DNA of 64,000 bases from the NCBI GenBank assembly GCA_965652295.1, contig CBFGTS010000008.1, positions 151,332 through 215,331 on the forward strand. Direction: 5' to 3'. The first letter of the stretch is position 1, and each line of letters begins with the position of its first letter. Source of the stretch: an uncultured Haloferula sp. (lineage in GTDB: Bacteria > Verrucomicrobiota > Verrucomicrobiia > Verrucomicrobiales > Akkermansiaceae). Both the position numbers and the translations under genes were made by a program. Shown one piece after another: positions 61,266 through 64,000 of the stretch. The notes beneath the pieces were generated by a model. That model was not told where the DNA came from, made no database searches, and was given only the letters and a program-made list of their open reading frames with translations.

Positions 61266-63650
61266 TCAACTGCATACCAAGGTGGTGGTTCCGGTATCCT
61301 GTTCCTCGAAGGTGATGCCTAAGTCAGGTGAATAGTTGATCTCGGTGGAAATCAGGGCGTGGAATTCTCCGTCCCGGAGGACCTCGAAGGAGCGGAGGTT
61401 TTCGTCCCGATGTTTCGGAGAAATCTGGACGATGTAGCGCTGGAGACCGCGGAGCAGGTTGCGGTTGAGGGGAATGCTTGGAATACGAAGTTGCTCGATC
61501 AGCTTGCGCGCTTTGTCGTCGTAGGGGATGAGGACGGGAACTTGCCAGTCGTCGATGAGGCGGAACTTTTCAGCAACGGTGGCGAATTGAAAATGGAAGG
61601 GAAAAGCGCGGTCGTTTTCCCTACGGAAGCTCTCGGTCGAGACGATGCGTTTGGAGTCCCAGCGACTTTTCTGCTGGTAGTAGTAGAGGTCGAAGTAGTG
61701 GTGGATGGCCTGCTGCTCGAGGAGGTCGGGATGGAGCTCGATGAGGCCGCTCGCGACCTGGGCGGTTTCCCGGAAATAGGCTTCACCTTTCTGGTCTTCG
61801 GGGATGAAGACATGGGTTTGGCCGGGCTGGGAGAGTTTGCCGTTGCGGTTGCAGCGCCCGGCAGCTTGGGCGATCGAGTCGAGTCCGGCGAGGGAGCGAT
61901 AGACGACGGGGAAATCGACATCGACTCCGGCTTCGATGAGCTGGGTGGAGATGAGGCGAACGGGGAGCTTTTTTTGCAGACGCTCGCGGACCTCGGCGAG
62001 GATGCGGGAGCGGTGTTCCGGACACATGAGGGCGGAGAGGTGGTAATTTCCCTCGCCCTGGCCGAGGAGACGGAAGATTTCGCGAGCATGCTTGCGGCGG
62101 TTGACGATGCAGAGAGCCTGCGGCTGATCGAGCAATCGCTGGACGAGGTTGGCGTCTGGGAGTTTGCCGAGGAAGTGAACGTCAACCCGCTTGAGGGCGG
62201 CGAAGAGTGCGCCCGGGTCACGGATGATTTCCCGACAGTTTTTCAAGCCAATGGGAAATTCATCAGGGTGATGATGGATCGCGGGCTGGGTGGCGGTGCA
62301 GAGGACGGCGGTGGTGTGGTAGTGGTCGGTGAGCTCACGGAGGACGCGAAGGCAGGGTGAGAGATAATCGACGGGGAGCGTCTGGGCTTCGTCGAGGATG
62401 ACGACGGAGTTGGCGATGTGGTGAAGCTTCCGGCTGCGTGAGGTTTTCGAGGCGAAGAGGGATTCGTAGAACTGGACGGCGGTGGTGATGATGATTGGGG
62501 CGTCCCAGTTCTCGGCGGCGAGGCGTGATCGTTCGGTTTCGTTCTCCGGGGACAGGGCGGAATGGTGCTCGATGAGCGGGGTGAAGGTGTCCGTCTGGAG
62601 AGAGGCGACGATTTCTCGGATGACTTCGGCGTTTTGCTCGATGATCGAGGTGAAGGGGACGACGAATATGACGCGCGTCTTGCCATTTGCGATGGCGTGG
62701 AGGAGTGCGAACAGAAGAGACGACAGGGTCTTGCCTCCGCCGGTAGGGACGGTGAGAGTGAAGAGGCCGGGCTTTTCCCCGGAGGCGGCGCGGCAGTCAT
62801 CGACGACCGCTTTGCGCTGGATGTTGACGATGTCGTGACGAGCCGGGGTGCCGAACGAATCGATGTGGGTGCTGACGAGATCGGCAATTTGTTGGAGTGT
62901 GTTGTTGGGGATCGAGTTTCGGGTCGAGGCCTGGTGGGGATCCATGAAGGCCTCGGTGGCGAGGAAGTCGGCATCAACGAGGCGGGAGAAGATGAGACGG
63001 CTGAAGAAGCCGAGGGAGAAGTCGTTGGGTGTTCTCAGAAATGGCGGGAGAGGCGGGACGGGCACATCGAGGACATCGGGAGGAGCGCAGGACCAGTCGG
63101 GGAGGTCGGGTTTGGTGAGTCGATGGCGCTGGCAGGTATGGTTTGATTCGCCATCAAGGAGTCCGGAGTGGTGACCGGCGATAGGGTATGCAAGCAGGTG
63201 TCCGAGAAGGTGTTTGGAGGCGGCATGTTGCGCTCCGGCGGTGGAGTGATCCAGCTTGCCGGTGACTTCGGCTTGGTGCGGATCGGCCTTAGATGTGAGG
63301 TAGGCTTGCCACTTGGGAGCGAACTTTCCGAGATCATGCCAAAGCCCGGCGAGATAGCCCCATTGGCGAGCGGCGTCGCGGTCCGGTCCGGTCGGAAACA
63401 TGTCCGCGGCGAATTTAGCGGTCCACCAAGCGACTTTGTTGAGGTGGCCATGGTAGGGATCGAGGGCTTCACAGGCCTCGCAATGTCCTCCGCGGAGGGC
63501 GGGGCAATCTTCGCTGAAAAGTGGTTCCCATGGCTGCCCCGGCGGGGCGGTGTGGGCGTATGGGGGAGAGGTTTCCACAATGGGTGTGAGTTCTGGCTGT
63601 TGAAGGCCTCCTGGCTTTTGGGGCAAGTCCGGCGGCGGGTCAGGGTTCAA
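61266..63650 (-). CDS. cas3: Cas3 HD nuclease-helicase
   Basis: 'YAH', 'WHDLGK', 'HSTAG', 'GHHSGL', 'VPTGGGKT', 'DEAQ', 'QAAGRCNR'. Start codon uncertain. Confidence 0.96.
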   Translation of the reverse strand: MNPDPPPDLPQKPGGLQQPELTPIVETSPPYAHTAPPGQPWEPLFSEDCPALRGGHCEACEALDPYHGHLNKVAWWTAKFAADMFPTGPDRDAARQWGYLAGLWHDLGKFAPKWQAYLTSKADPHQAEVTGKLDHSTAGAQHAASKHLLGHLLAYPIAGHHSGLLDGESNHTCQRHRLTKPDLPDWSCAPPDVLDVPVPPLPPFLRTPNDFSLGFFSRLIFSRLVDADFLATEAFMDPHQASTRNSIPNNTLQQIADLVSTHIDSFGTPARHDIVNIQRKAVVDDCRAASGEKPGLFTLTVPTGGGKTLSSLLFALLHAIANGKTRVIFVVPFTSIIEQNAEVIREIVASLQTDTFTPLIEHHSALSPENETERSRLAAENWDAPIIITTAVQFYESLFASKTSRSRKLHHIANSVVILDEAQTLPVDYLSPCLRVLRELTDHYHTTAVLCTATQPAIHHHPDEFPIGLKNCREIIRDPGALFAALKRVDVHFLGKLPDANLVQRLLDQPQALCIVNRRKHAREIFRLLGQGEGNYHLSALMCPEHRSRILAEVRERLQKKLPVRLISTQLIEAGVDVDFPVVYRSLAGLDSIAQAAGRCNRNGKLSQPGQTHVFIPEDQKGEAYFRETAQVASGLIELHPDLLEQQAIHHYFDLYYYQQKSRWDSKRIVSTESFRRENDRAFPFHFQFATVAEKFRLIDDWQVPVLIPYDDKARKLIEQLRIPSIPLNRNLLRGLQRYIVQISPKHRDENLRSFEVLRDGEFHALISTEINYSPDLGITFEEQDTGTTTLVCS

Positions 63651-63904
63651 GTGGTGCTGAGGACGGGAGAGGGAATTTTGAGCGAGTCGTGAAGAAGCCT
63701 TGTGGATGAGCGGCTGGAAGCCGCTGGGACGGCCTGCGGCAGGATGCCGCAGCCACCGTAGGAAATCGGGAATGCTGATGCGGGAGGATTCATCGAGCGA
63801 GCATTGGAGTTAGGGATGTGAATCGACGCGTGACCAGATGAAACCTAGGGTAAATACGAAGATGTGTGTCATGCTGTTCGGAAGAGCGAGATAAGTTTGC
63901 TAGT

Positions 63905-64000
<96 letters not shown>

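Noticed and set aside
59618..63650. Absence of cas6
   Set aside because: Normal for type I-C, where Cas5c processes the crRNA.

Overview
GC-rich bacterial window, very likely Verrucomicrobiota (Luteolibacter/Haloferula-like), judged from a PVC signature small basic protein and a Verrucomicrobia-style prepilin cluster. It holds housekeeping genes (lptD, mpl, acs, an rluB-like synthase, upp, nadE), two MoxR/DUF58 operons, a minor-pilin cluster, a lower-GC secreted toxin/immunity-like locus with an IS30 remnant, several REP-like inverted repeats, and a complete type I-C CRISPR-Cas system (cas3, cas5c, cas8c, cas7, cas4, cas1, cas2; 20 repeats, 19 spacers). The main finding lies between cas3 and cas5, where a FitA/VapB-VapC toxin-antitoxin pair is inserted on the opposite strand. 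Just after vapC is a solitary degenerate CRISPR repeat, a 32-nt spacer and a hairpin (61138-61242). The spacer matches the gap between antitoxin and toxin (60659-60679), directly after a type I-C TTC PAM and on top of predicted promoter elements. It departs from the target only at positions 6, 12 and 18. This looks like a CreA/CreR-type crRNA-like RNA that puts a protein toxin-antitoxin module and/or the cas promoter under Cascade control. All calls were made by eye; no database searches were run.
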